From Macrostomum hystrix (taxonomy: Eukaryota > Animalia > Platyhelminthes), in the NCBI GenBank assembly GCA_950097015.1, contig CATNEN010000005.1, positions 1 to 64,000 of the forward strand: a DNA stretch of 64,000 nt, given 5' to 3'. Under the pieces are notes generated by a model. That model had not been told where the DNA came from. It saw only the letters and a program-made list of their open reading frames with translations, and made no database searches. The position numbers and the translations under genes are program-made. Each line of letters begins with the position of its first letter. Position 1 is the stretch's first letter. This document shows positions 1-13,455 of this stretch, one piece after another.

Positions 1-1800
1 CCCGATCTTGAATCATGGCTAAACCAGAGTTTCAATCATGGCTAAACCAGATCTTGAATCATGACTAAACCAGAGTTTAAATCATGGCTAAAGCATCGTT
101 TGAATCATGGCTAACCCAGAGTCTGAATCATGGCTAAACCAGATCTTGAATCATGGCTAAACCCGATCTTGAATCATGGCTAAACCAGAGTTTCAATCAT
201 GGCTAAACCAGATCTTGAATCATGACTAAACCAGAGTTTAAATCATGGCTAAAGCATCGTTTGAATCATGGCTAACCCAGAGTCTGAATCATGGCTAAAC
301 CAGATCTTGAATCATGGCTAAACCCGATCTTGAATCATGGCTAAACCAGAGTTTCAATCATGGCTAAACCAGATCTTGAATCATGACTAAACCAGAGTTT
401 AAATCATGGCTAAAGCATCGTTTGAATCATGGCTAACCCAGAGTCTGAATCATGGCTAAACCAGATCTTGAATCATGGCTAAACCCGATCTTGAATCATG
501 GCTAAACCAGAGTTTCAATCATGGCTAAAACCAGATCTTGAATCATGACTAAACCAGAGTTTAAATCATGGCTAAAGCATCGTTTGAATCATGGCTAAAC
601 CATCGTTTGAATCATGGCTAAACCATCGTTTGAATCATGGCTAAACCAGATTTTGAATCATTGCTAAACCAGATCTTGATTCATGGCTAAACCAGAGTTT
701 AAATCATGGCTAAACCAGAGTCTGAATCATGGCTAAACCAGATCTTGAATCATGGCTAAACCATTGTTTGAATCATGGCTAAACCAGAGTCTGAATCATG
801 GCTAAACCAGAGTCTGAATCATGGCCTAAACCAGATCTTGAATCATGGCTAAACCCGATCTTGAATCATGGCTAAACCATCGTTTGAATCATGGCTAAAC
901 CATCGTTTGAATCATGACTAAACCATCGTTTGAATCATGGCTAAACCAGATTTTGAATCATGGCTAAACCATCGTTTGAATCATGACTAAACCATCGTTT
1001 GAATCATGGCTAAACCAGATTTTGAATCATGGCTAAACCATCGTTTGAATCATGGCTAAACCAGAGTTTCAATCATGGCTAAACCAGATCTTGAATCATG
1101 ACTAAACCAGAGTTTAAATCATGGCTAAACCATCGTTTGAATCATGGCTAACCCAGAGTCTGAATCATGGCTAAACCAGATCTTGAATCATGGCTAAACC
1201 CGATCTTGAATCATGGCTAAACCAGAGTTTCAATCATGGCTAAACCAGATCTTGAATCATGACTAAACCAGAGTTTAAATCATGGCTAAAGCATCGTTTG
1301 AATCATGGCTAACCCAGAGTCTGAATCATGGCTAAACCAGATCTTGAATCATGGCTAAACCCGATCTTGAATCATGGCTAAACCAGAGTTTCAATCATGG
1401 CTAAACCAGATCTTGAATCATGACTAAACCAGAGTTTAAATCATGGCTAAAGCATCGTTTGAATCATGGCTAACCCAGAGTCTGAATCATGGCTAAACCA
1501 GACTTTGAATCATAGCCAACCAGAGTTTGAATCTTGGCTAAACCAGAGTTTCAATCATGGCTAACCCAGCGTTTGAATCATGGCTAAACCAGAGTTTGAA
1601 TCATGGCAAAAACCAAGTTTCAATCATGGCTAACCCAGCGCTTGAATCATGGCTAAACCAGAGTTTGAATCATAGCCAACCAGAGTTTGAATCTTGGCTA
1701 AACCAGAGTCTGAATCATGGCAAAACGAGAGTTTGAATCATAGCCCACCAGGGTTTAAAACATGGCGAAACCTGAGTTTGAATCTTGGCTAACCCAGCGT
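1..1800 (+). repeat. 23-bp minisatellite (GAATCATGGCTAAACCAGAGTYT) with 161-bp (7-mer) higher-order repeat
   Basis: The variant CCCGATC recurs at 1, 162, 323 and 484 (period 161 = 7x23). Confidence 0.95.
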
Positions 1801-1814
1801 TTGAAAAATCAACG

Positions 1815-3756
1815 TCAACTGGGGAGTCATCATCAAAATGGGGATCATGGTGAACTGGGGGATCATGGTAAACTGGGGGATAATTGTCGACTGGGGGATC
1901 ATTGTCAACTGGGGGATCATTGTCAACTGGGGGATCATTGTCAACTGGGGGATCATTGTCAACTGGGGGATCATTGTCAAATGGGGGATCATTGTCAACT
2001 GGGGGATCTTTGTCAACTGGGGGTTCATTGTCAACTGGGGGTTCATTGTCAACTGGGGGATCATTGTCAACTGGGGGATCATTGTGAACTGAGAGATCAT
2101 TGTCAACTGGGGGGTAATGGTCAACTGGGGGATAATTGTCAACTGGGGAATCATCATCAACTGAGGATCATCATCAACTGGGGGATCATTGAGAACTGGG
2201 GGATCTTTGTCAACTGGGGGATCATTGTGAACTGGGGGATCTTTGTCAACTGGGGGATCATTGTATACTGTGGGATCATTGTCAACCGGCGGGATCTTTG
2301 TTAACTGGGGGATCATTGTCAACTGGGGGATCATTCTCAACTGGGGGATCATTGTCAACTGGGGGATCATCATCAACTGGGGGATCATTGTCAACTGGGG
2401 GATCATTGTCAACTGGGGGATCATTGTCAACTGGGGGATCATTGTCAACTGGGTGATCATCATCAACTGGGGGATCATTGTCAACTTGGGGAACATTGTT
2501 AACTGGGGATCATCATCAATGGGGAGACTTCATCAACTGGGGGATCATTGTGAACTGGGGGATCTTTGTTAACTGGGGGATCATTGTCAACTGGGGGATC
2601 ATTGTCAACTGGGGGATCATTGTCAACTGGGGGATCGTTGTCAACTGGGGGTTCATTGTCAACTGGGGGATCATTGTCAACTGGGGGATCATTGTCAACT
2701 GGGGGATCATTGTCAACTGGGAGATCGTTGTCAACTGGGGGTTCATTGTCAACTGGGGGATCATTGTCAACTGGGGGATCATTGTCAACTGGGGGATCAT
2801 CATCAACTGGGGGATCATTGTCAACTGGGGGTTCATTGTCAACTGTGGGATCATTGTCAACCGGCGGGATCTTTGTTAACTGGGGGATCATTGTCAACTG
2901 AGGGATCATTCTCAACTGGGGGATCATTGTCAACTGGGGGATCATCATCAACTGGGGGATCATTGTCAACTGGGGGATCATTGTCAACTGGGGGATCATT
3001 GTCAACTGGGGGATCATTGTCAACTGGGTGATCATCATCAACTGGGGGATCATTGTCAACTGGGGGAACATTGTTAACTGGGGATCATCATCAATGGGGA
3101 GACTTCATCAACTGGGGGATCATTGTGAACTGGGGGATCTTTGTTAACTGGGGGATCATTGTCAACTGGGGGATCATTGTCAACTGGGGGATCATTGTCA
3201 ACTGGGGGATCATTTTCAACTGGGGGATCATCATCAATGGGGAGACTTCATCAACTGGGGGATCATTGTGAACTGGGGGATCTTTGTTAACTGGGGGATC
3301 ATTGTCAACTGGGGGATCATTGTCAACTGGGGGATCATTGTCAACTGGGGGATCATTTTCAACTGGGGGATCATCATCAACTGGGGGATCATCATCAACT
3401 GGGTGATCATTGTGAACTGGGGGATCTTTGTCAACTGGGGGATCATTGTCAACTGTGGGATCATTGTCAACTGGGGGATCATTGTCAACTGGGGGATCAT
3501 TTTCAACTGGGGGATCATCATCAACTGGGGGATCATCATCAACTGGGTGATCATTGTGAACTGGGGGATCTTTGTCAACTGGGGGATCATTGTCAACTGT
3601 GGGATCATTGTCAACTGGGGGATCATTGTCAAATGGGGGATCATTGTCAACTGGGGGATCGTTGTCAACTGGGGGTTCATTGTTAACTGGGGTTTCATTG
3701 TCAACTGGGGGATCATTGTCAACTGGGGGATCATTGTCAACTGGGGGTTCATTGTA
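1815..3756 (+). repeat. 18-bp minisatellite (TCAACTGGGGGATCATTG)
   Basis: Direct 18-bp periodicity. It explains the 6-aa-repeat ORFs (LGDHCQ / NWGIIV / TGGSLS) seen in all frames. Confidence 0.95.
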
Positions 3757-4439
3757 GCTTTAAAAAGCTGTAAATTCAGCTGCTAAAAAGTATATACTAG
3801 ACGAATTAAAAGTATTTCTGCTCCCCGAAGGGGGGCAAAACTTGCTAGTCCACTATACTAAAAATGAAATGCTTGCTTGCTTGTAATTGATTTTCTCCCG
3901 AACGGCTCAACCGATTTTCACCATTTCTTCACCAAAAGATGCCAAATATGGGGACAATTTTACACGTATTTTTATTAAGCTTAACTTCATTGCTAAGGGG
4001 ATTAAATATTCGAAAAACATGATTTTTTAAAGGTCAAACCATCTTGGCCTATTGAGAATTTCACTGACAGCCACTGAATTAGAATTGCATCGTCAAATTG
4101 CGCAACAACCCCTAGCTGATTGAATTTGAAGCCTGCACTCTGGAGAAAAAATTGAAATAAATGTACACAACCAACCGCGAGACTGAGTGTACTCTATTTT
4201 CTTACTTCATTGTGCAAAGCCAGAACTTTGAGAATTCATTTTATAAGGCTGATTTTTGCACCCACTAACCAACAGTCGGAATAGCCGATGTGTAGGCACT
4301 AGGAATAGGTTAGGCTAGGCTAGGGTTCGATTCTGCACTGCGTCAAATCATTTAGACTAATTTTCAGCCAGTAGTGATTGAAGATTATTTTAATTTATTT
4401 TTTCATTTCGTAAATAAAATATCATAAATCATAGCAAAT

Positions 4440-7250
4440 CTGAGTTTGAATCATTGCAACAATAGAGTCTGAATCATGGCTAAACCAGAGTCTGAATCAT
4501 GGCTAAACCATCGTTTGAATCATGGCTAAACCATCGTTTGAATCATGGCTAAACAATTGTTTGAATCATGGCTAAACCAGAGTTTGAATCATGGCTAAAC
4601 CAGAGTCTGAATCATGGCTAAACCAGATCTTGAACCATGGCTAAACCATCGTTTGAATCATGGCTAAACCAGAGTTTGAATCATGGCTAAACCAGAGTCT
4701 GAATCATGGCTAAACCAGATCTTGAATCATGGCTAAACAATTGTTTGAATCATGGCTAAACCAGAGTTTAAATCATGGCAAAACCAGATCTTGAATCATG
4801 GCTAAACAATTGTTTGAATCATGGCTAAACCAGAGTTTGAATCATGGCTAAACCATCGTTTGAATCATGGCTAAACCAGATCTTGAATCATGGCTAAACA
4901 ATTGTTTGAATCATGGCTAAACCAGAGTTTGAATCATGGCAAAACCAGAGTTTGAATCATGGCCAACCAGAGTTTGAATCATGGCTAAACCAGAGTTTGA
5001 ATCATGGCTAAACCAGCGTTTGAATCATGGCTAAACCATCGTTTGAATCATGGCTAAACCAGAGTTTGAATCATGGCAAAACCAGAGTTTGAATCATGGC
5101 CAACCAGAGTTTGAATCATGGCTAAACCAGAGTTTGAATCATGGCTAAACCAGCGTTTGAATCATGGCTAAACCAGAGTCTGAATCATGGCTAAACCAGA
5201 GTCTGAATCATGGCTAAACCAGAGTCTGAATCATGGCTAAACCAGAGTCTGAATCATGGCTAAACCAGAGTCTGAATCATGGCTAAACCAGAGTCTGAAT
5301 CATGGCTAAACCAGAGTTTCAATCATGGCTAAACCAGATCTTGAATCATGACTAAACCAGAGTTTAAATCATGGCTAAACCATCGTTTGAATCATGGCTA
5401 ACCCAGAGTCTGAATCATGGCTAAACCAGATCTTGAATCATGGCTAAACCCGATCTTGAATCATGGCTAAACCAGAGTTTCAATCATGGCTAAACCAGAT
5501 CTTGAATCATGACTAAACCAGAGTTTAAATCATGGCTAAAGCATCGTTTGAATCATGGCTAACCCAGAGTCTGAATCATGGCTAAACCAGATCTTGAATC
5601 ATGGCTAAACCCGATCTTGAATCATGGCTAAACCAGAGTTTCAATCATGGCTAAACCAGATCTTGAATCATGACTAAACCAGAGTTTAAATCATGGCTAA
5701 AGCATCGTTTGAATCATGGCTAACCCAGAGTCTGAATCATGGCTAAACCAGATCTTGAATCATGGCTAAACCCGATCTTGAATCATGGCTAAACCAGAGT
5801 TTCAATCATGGCTAAACCAGATCTTGAATCATGACTAAACCAGAGTTTAAATCATGGCTAAAGCATCGTTTGAATCATGGCTAACCCAGAGTCTGAATCA
5901 TGGCTAAACCAGATCTTGAATCATGGCTAAACCCGATCTTGAATCATGGCTAAACCAGAGTTTCAATCATGGCTAAACCAGATCTTGAATCATGACTAAA
6001 CCAGAGTTTAAATCATGGCTAAAGCATCGTTTGAATCATGGCTAAACCATCGTTTGAATCATGGCTAAACCATCGTTTGAATCATGGCTAAACCAGATTT
6101 TGAATCATTGCTAAACCAGATCTTGATTCATGGCTAAACCAGAGTTTAAATCATGGCTAAACCAGAGTCTGAATCATGGCTAAACCAGATCTTGAATCAT
6201 GGCTAAACCATTGTTTGAATCATGGCTAAACCAGAGTCTGAATCATGGCTAAACCAGAGTCTGAATCATGGCTAAACCAGATCTTGAATCATGGCTAAAC
6301 CCGATCTTGAATCATGGCTAAACCATCGTTTGAATCATGGCTAAACCATCGTTTGAATCATGACTAAACCATCGTTTGAATCATGGCTAAACCAGATTTT
6401 GAATCATGGCTAAACCATCGTTTGAATCATGACTAAACCATCGTTTGAATCATGGCTAAACCAGATTTTGAATCATGGCTAAACCATCGTTTGAATCATG
6501 GCTAAACCAGAGTTTCAATCATGGCTAAACCAGATCTTGAATCATGACTAAACCAGAGTTTAAATCATGGCTAAACCATCGTTTGAATCATGGCTAACCC
6601 AGAGTCTGAATCATGGCTAAACCAGATCTTGAATCATGGCTAAACCCGATCTTGAATCATGGCTAAACCAGAGTTTCAATCATGGCTAAACCAGATCTTG
6701 AATCATGACTAAACCAGAGTTTAAATCATGGCTAAAGCATCGTTTGAATCATGGCTAACCCAGAGTCTGAATCATGGCTAAACCAGATCTTGAATCATGG
6801 CTAAACCCGATCTTGAATCATGGCTAAACCAGAGTTTCAATCATGGCTAAACCAGATCTTGAATCATGACTAAACCAGAGTTTAAATCATGGCTAAAGCA
6901 TCGTTTGAATCATGGCTAACCCAGAGTCTGAATCATGGCTAAACCAGACTTTGAATCATAGCCAACCAGAGTTTGAATCTTGGCTAAACCAGAGTTTCAA
7001 TCATGGCTAACCCAGCGTTTGAATCATGGCTAAACCAGAGTTTGAATCATGGCAAAAACCAAGTTTCAATCATGGCTAACCCAGCGCTTGAATCATGGCT
7101 AAACCAGAGTTTGAATCATAGCCAACCAGAGTTTGAATCTTGGCTAAACCAGAGTCTGAATCATGGCAAAACGAGAGTTTGAATCATAGCCCACCAGGGT
7201 TTAAAACATGGCGAAACCTGAGTTTGAATCTTGGCTAACCCAGCGTTTGA
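4440..7250 (+). repeat. 23-bp minisatellite, second block
   Basis: Same monomer and 161-bp HOR as 1-1800. Confidence 0.95.
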
Positions 7251-7259
7251 AAAATCAAC

Positions 7260-9202
7260 GTCAACTGGGGAGTCATCATCAAAATGGGGATCATGGTGAA
7301 CTGGGGGATCATGGTAAACTGGGGGATAATTGTCGACTGGGGGATCATTGTCAACTGGGGGATCATTGTCAACTGGGGGATCATTGTCAACTGGGGGATC
7401 ATTGTCAACTGGGGGATCATTGTCAAATGGGGGATCATTGTCAACTGGGGGATCTTTGTCAACTGGGGGTTCATTGTCAACTGGGGGTTCATTGTCAACT
7501 GGGGGATCATTGTCAACTGGGGGATCATTGTGAACTGAGAGATCATTGTCAACTGGGGGGTAATGGTCAACTGGGGGATAATTGTCAACTGGGGAATCAT
7601 CATCAACTGAGGATCATCATCAACTGGGGGATCATTGAGAACTGGGGGATCTTTGTCAACTGGGGGATCATTGTGAACTGGGGGATCTTTGTCAACTGGG
7701 GGATCATTGTATACTGTGGGATCATTGTCAACCGGCGGGATCTTTGTTAACTGGGGGATCATTGTCAACTGGGGGATCATTCTCAACTGGGGGATCATTG
7801 TCAACTGGGGGATCATCATCAACTGGGGGATCATTGTCAACTGGGGGATCATTGTCAACTGGGGGATCATTGTCAACTGGGGGATCATTGTCAACTGGGT
7901 GATCATCATCAACTGGGGGATCATTGTCAACTTGGGGAACATTGTTAACTGGGGATCATCATCAATGGGGAGACTTCATCAACTGGGGGATCATTGTGAA
8001 CTGGGGGATCTTTGTTAACTGGGGGATCATTGTCAACTGGGGGATCATTGTCAACTGGGGGATCATTGTCAACTGGGGGATCGTTGTCAACTGGGGGTTC
8101 ATTGTCAACTGGGGGATCATTGTCAACTGGGGGATCATTGTCAACTGGGGGATCATTGTCAACTGGGAGATCGTTGTCAACTGGGGGTTCATTGTCAACT
8201 GGGGGATCATTGTCAACTGGGGGATCATTGTCAACTGGGGGATCATCATCAACTGGGGGATCATTGTCAACTGGGGGTTCATTGTCAACTGTGGGATCAT
8301 TGTCAACCGGCGGGATCTTTGTTAACTGGGGGATCATTGTCAACTGAGGGATCATTCTCAACTGGGGGATCATTGTCAACTGGGGGATCATCATCAACTG
8401 GGGGATCATTGTCAACTGGGGGATCATTGTCAACTGGGGGATCATTGTCAACTGGGGGATCATTGTCAACTGGGTGATCATCATCAACTGGGGGATCATT
8501 GTCAACTGGGGGAACATTGTTAACTGGGGATCATCATCAATGGGGAGACTTCATCAACTGGGGGATCATTGTGAACTGGGGGATCTTTGTTAACTGGGGG
8601 ATCATTGTCAACTGGGGGATCATTGTCAACTGGGGGATCATTGTCAACTGGGGGATCATTTTCAACTGGGGGATCATCATCAATGGGGAGACTTCATCAA
8701 CTGGGGGATCATTGTGAACTGGGGGATCTTTGTTAACTGGGGGATCATTGTCAACTGGGGGATCATTGTCAACTGGGGGATCATTGTCAACTGGGGGATC
8801 ATTTTCAACTGGGGGATCATCATCAACTGGGGGATCATCATCAACTGGGTGATCATTGTGAACTGGGGGATCTTTGTCAACTGGGGGATCATTGTCAACT
8901 GTGGGATCATTGTCAACTGGGGGATCATTGTCAACTGGGGGATCATTTTCAACTGGGGGATCATCATCAACTGGGGGATCATCATCAACTGGGTGATCAT
9001 TGTGAACTGGGGGATCTTTGTCAACTGGGGGATCATTGTCAACTGTGGGATCATTGTCAACTGGGGGATCATTGTCAAATGGGGGATCATTGTCAACTGG
9101 GGGATCGTTGTCAACTGGGGGTTCATTGTTAACTGGGGTTTCATTGTCAACTGGGGGATCATTGTCAACTGGGGGATCATTGTCAACTGGGGGTTCATTG
9201 TA
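7260..9202 (+). repeat. 18-bp minisatellite, second block
   Basis: Copy of 1815-3756 at offset 5446; the ORF translations are identical. Confidence 0.95.
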
Positions 9203-9884
9203 GCTTTAAAAAGCTGTAAATTCAGCTGCTAAAAAGTATATACTAGACGAATTAAAAGTATTTCTGCTCCCCGAAGGGGGGCAAAACTTGCTAGTCCACT
9301 ATACTAAAAATGAAATGCTTGCTTGCTTGTAATTGATTTTCTCCCGAACGGCTCAACCGATTTTCACCATTTCTTCACCAAAAGATGCCAAATATGGGGA
9401 CAATTTTACACGTATTTTTATTAAGCTTAACTTCATTGCTAAGGGGATTAAATATTCGAAAAACATGATTTTTTAAAGGTCAAACCATCTTGGCCTATTG
9501 AGAATTTCACTGACAGCCACTGAATTAGAATTGCATCGTCAAATTGCGCAACAACCCCTAGCTGATTGAATTTGAAGCCTGCACTCTGGAGAAAAAATTG
9601 AAATAAATGTACACAACCAACCGCGAGACTGAGTGTACTCTATTTTCTTACTTCATTGTGCAAAGCCAGAACTTTGAGAATTCATTTTATAAGGCTGATT
9701 TTTGCACCCACTAACCAACAGTCGGAATAGCCGATGTGTAGGCACTAGGAATAGGTTAGGCTAGGCTAGGGTTCGATTCTGCACTGCGTCAAATCATTTA
9801 GACTAATTTTCAGCCAGTAGTGATTGAAGATTATTTTAATTTATTTTTTCATTTCGTAAATAAAATATCATAAATCATAGCAAA

Positions 9885-12478
9885 TCTGAGTTTGAATCAT
9901 TGCAACAATAGAGTCTGAATCATGGCTAAACCAGAGTCTGAATCATGGCTAAACCATCGTTTGAATCATGGCTAAACCATCGTTTGAATCATGGCTAAAC
10001 AATTGTTTGAATCATGGCTAAACCAGAGTTTGAATCATGGCTAAACCAGAGTCTGAATCATGGCTAAACCAGATCTTGAACCATGGCTAAACCATCGTTT
10101 GAATCATGGCTAAACCAGAGTTTGAATCATGGCTAAACCAGAGTCTGAATCATGGCTAAACCAGATCTTGAATCATGGCTAAACAATTGTTTGAATCATG
10201 GCTAAACCAGAGTTTAAATCATGGCAAAACCAGATCTTGAATCATGGCTAAACAATTGTTTGAATCATGGCTAAACCAGAGTTTGAATCATGGCTAAACC
10301 ATCGTTTGAATCATGGCTAAACCAGATCTTGAATCATGGCTAAACAATTGTTTGAATCATGGCTAAACCAGAGTTTGAATCATGGCAAAACCAGAGTTTG
10401 AATCATGGCCAACCAGAGTTTGAATCATGGCTAAACCAGAGTTTGAATCATGGCTAAACCAGCGTTTGAATCATGGCTAAACCATCGTTTGAATCATGGC
10501 TAAACCAGAGTTTGAATCATGGCAAAACCAGAGTTTGAATCATGGCCAACCAGAGTTTGAATCATGGCTAAACCAGAGTTTGAATCATGGCTAAACCAGC
10601 GTTTGAATCATGGCTAAACCAGAGTCTGAATCATGGCTAAACCAGAGTCTGAATCATGGCTAAACCAGAGTCTGAATCATGGCTAAACCAGAGTCTGAAT
10701 CATGGCTAAACCAGAGTCTGAATCATGGCTAAACCAGAGTCTGAATCATGGCTAAACCAGAGTCTGAATCATGGCTACACCAGAGTCTGAATCATGGCTA
10801 AATCAGAGTCTGAATCATGGCTAAACCAGAGTCTGAATCATGGCTAAACCAGAGTCTGAATCATGGCTAAACCAGAGTCTGAATCATGGCTAAACCAGAG
10901 TCTGAATCATGGCTACACCAGAGTCTGAATCATGGCTACACCAGAGTCTGAATCATGGCTAAATCAGAGTCTGAATCATGGCTAAACCAGAGTCTGAATC
11001 ATGGCTAAACCAGAGTCTGAATCATGGCTAAACCAGAGTCTGAATCATGGCTAAACCAGAGTCTGAATCATGGCTACACCAGAGTCTGAATCATGGCTAC
11101 ACCAGAGTCTGAATCATGGCTAAACCAGAGTCTGAATCATGGCTAAACCAGAGTCTGGATCATGGCTAAACCAGAGTCTGAATCATGGCTAAACCAGAGT
11201 CTGAATCATGGCTACACCAGAGTCTAAATCATGGCTAAACCAGAGTCTGAATCATGGCTACACCAGAGTCTAAATCATGGCTAAACCAGAGTCTGAATCA
11301 AGGCTAAACCAGAGTCTGGATCATGGCTAAACCAGAGTCTGAATCATGGCTAAACCAGAGTCTGAATAATGGCTAAACCAGAGTCTGAATCATGGCTAAA
11401 CCAGAGTCTGAATCATGGCTAAACCAGAGTTTGAATCATAGCTAAACCAGAGTCTGAATCATGGCTAAACCAGAGTCTGAATCATGGCTAAACCAGAGTC
11501 TGAATCAAGGCTAAACCAGAGTCTGAATCATGGCTAAACCAGAGTTTGAATCATAGCTAAACCAGAGTCTGAATCATAGCTAAACCAGAGTCTGAATCAT
11601 GGCTAAACCAGAGTTTGAATCATGGCTACACCAGAGTCTGAATCATGGCTAAACCAGAGTTTGAATCATGGCTAAACCAGAGTCTGAATCATGGCTAAAC
11701 CAGAGTCTGAATCATGGCTAAACCAGAGTTTGAATCATAGCTAAACCAGAGTCTGAATCATGGCTAAACCAGAGTCTGAATCATGGCTACACTAGAGTCT
11801 GAATCATGGCTAAACCAGAGTCTGAATCATGGCTACACCAGAGTCTGAATCATGGCTAAACCAGAGTCTGAATCATAGCTAAACCAGAGTCTGAATCATG
11901 GCTAAACCAGAGTCTGAATCATGGCTAAACCAGAGTTTGAATCATAGCTAAACCAGAGTCTGAATCATGGCTACACCAGAGTTTAAATCATAGCTGAACC
12001 AGAGTTTGAATCATGGCTAAACCAGAGTCTGATTCATGGCTACACCAGAGTCTGAATCATGGCTCATAGCTAAACCAGAGTTTGAATCATAGCTAAACAA
12101 GCGTCTGAATCATGGCAAAACCAGAGTTTGAATCATAGCTAAAACAGAGTCTGAATCATGGCTACACCAGAGTCTGAATCATGGCTCATAGCTAAACCAG
12201 AGTCTGAATCATGGCTAAACCAGAGTCTGAATCATGGCTAAACCAGAGTCTGAATCATGGCTACACCAGAGTCTGAATCATGGCTAAACCAGAGTTTAAA
12301 TCATAGCTAAACCAGCGTCTGAATCATGGCTAAACCAGAGTTTGAATCATAGCTAAACCAGCGTCTGAATCATGGCTAAACTAGATTCTGAATCATGGCT
12401 AAACCAGAGTTTGAATCATGGCAAAACCAGAGTTTGAATCATGGCTAACCCAGCGTTTGAATCATTGCTAAACCAGAA
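9885..12478 (+). repeat. 23-bp minisatellite, third block (homogeneous GAGTCT variant from ~10620)
   Basis: 23-bp periodicity. Confidence 0.95.
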
Positions 12479-13455
12479 CTGGTGGATAATCGTCAACTGG
12501 GGGATCATGGTAAACTGTGGGATAATTGTCAACTGGGGGATCATTGTCAACTGGAGGATCATTGGCAACTGGGGGATAATTGTCAACTGGGGGATAATTG
12601 TCACGGGGAAACATCATCAAATGCGGGATCATAATCAACTAGGGGATCATTGTCAACTAGGGGATCATGTTCAACTGGGGGAACATTGTCAACTGGGATC
12701 ACCATCAATGGGGGATCATAGTCAACTGAGAGATAATTGTCGACTGGGGGATAATCGTCAACTGGGGGATCATGGTCAACTGGAGGATCATTGTCAACGG
12801 GGGGATAGTTGTCAACTGGGGGATAATTGTCAACTGGGGAGTCATCATCAAATGCGGGATCATGGTTAACTGGGGGATAATTGTCAACTGGGGGATCATT
12901 TTCAACTGGGAGATCATTGTCAATGTCAACTGGGGGATCATTGTCAACTGGGGATCATTGTCAACTGGGGGTTTATCATTACCCGGAGGATCATTGTGAA
13001 CTGGGGGGATCATTGTCAACTTGTTGATCATCATCAACTGGGGGATCATTGTCAACTGTGGGAACATTGTCAACTGGGGGAACGTTGTCAACTGGAGATT
13101 ATCATCAATGGGGAGTCATCATTAACTGGGGGATCATTGTCAACTGCGTGATCATCATCAATTGGGGGATTATTGTCAATTCGGGGATCATTGTCAGCTG
13201 TGTTAACATTGTCAACTGGGGATCATCGTCAATGGGGAGTCATCATTAACTGGGGGATCATTGTCAACTGCGTGATCATCATCAATTGAGGGATTATTGT
13301 CAACTGGGGGATCATAATCAACTGCGTGATCATCATCAATTGGGGGATTATTGTCAACGGGGGGATCATTGTCAACTGGGGGTTCATTGTCAACTGGGGG
13401 ATTATTGTCAACTGGGGGATCTTTATCAACTGGGGGATCATTGTCAACTGATCAT
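12479..13455 (+). repeat. 18-bp minisatellite, third block (more degenerate)
   Basis: 18-bp periodicity with more substitutions than blocks 1 and 2. Confidence 0.9.

Larger units (their letters stand above)
1..3848 (+). mobile_element. Non-autonomous Helitron-like unit 1 (5' end lies before the window)
   Basis: Ends in hairpin GCTCCCC-GAA-GGGGGGC (3820-3836), an 8-nt spacer and CTAG (3845-3848). Interior is a 23-bp array followed by an 18-bp array. Confidence 0.75.
3849..9294 (+). mobile_element. Non-autonomous Helitron-like unit 2 (complete, 5446 bp)
   Basis: Starts TCCACTATACTAAAAATGAAATG-(CTTG)3...AACGGCTCAACCGATTTTCACC immediately after the previous CTAG. Ends with the hairpin and CTAG (9291-9294). 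No coding capacity and no TSD. Confidence 0.8.

Noticed and set aside
1-13455. CRISPR-like or repeat-protein gene interpretation of the arrays and their many ORFs
   Set aside because: The units are contiguous with no unique spacers, the context is eukaryotic with no cas genes, and ORFs appear in all frames on both strands as expected for stop-free monomers.
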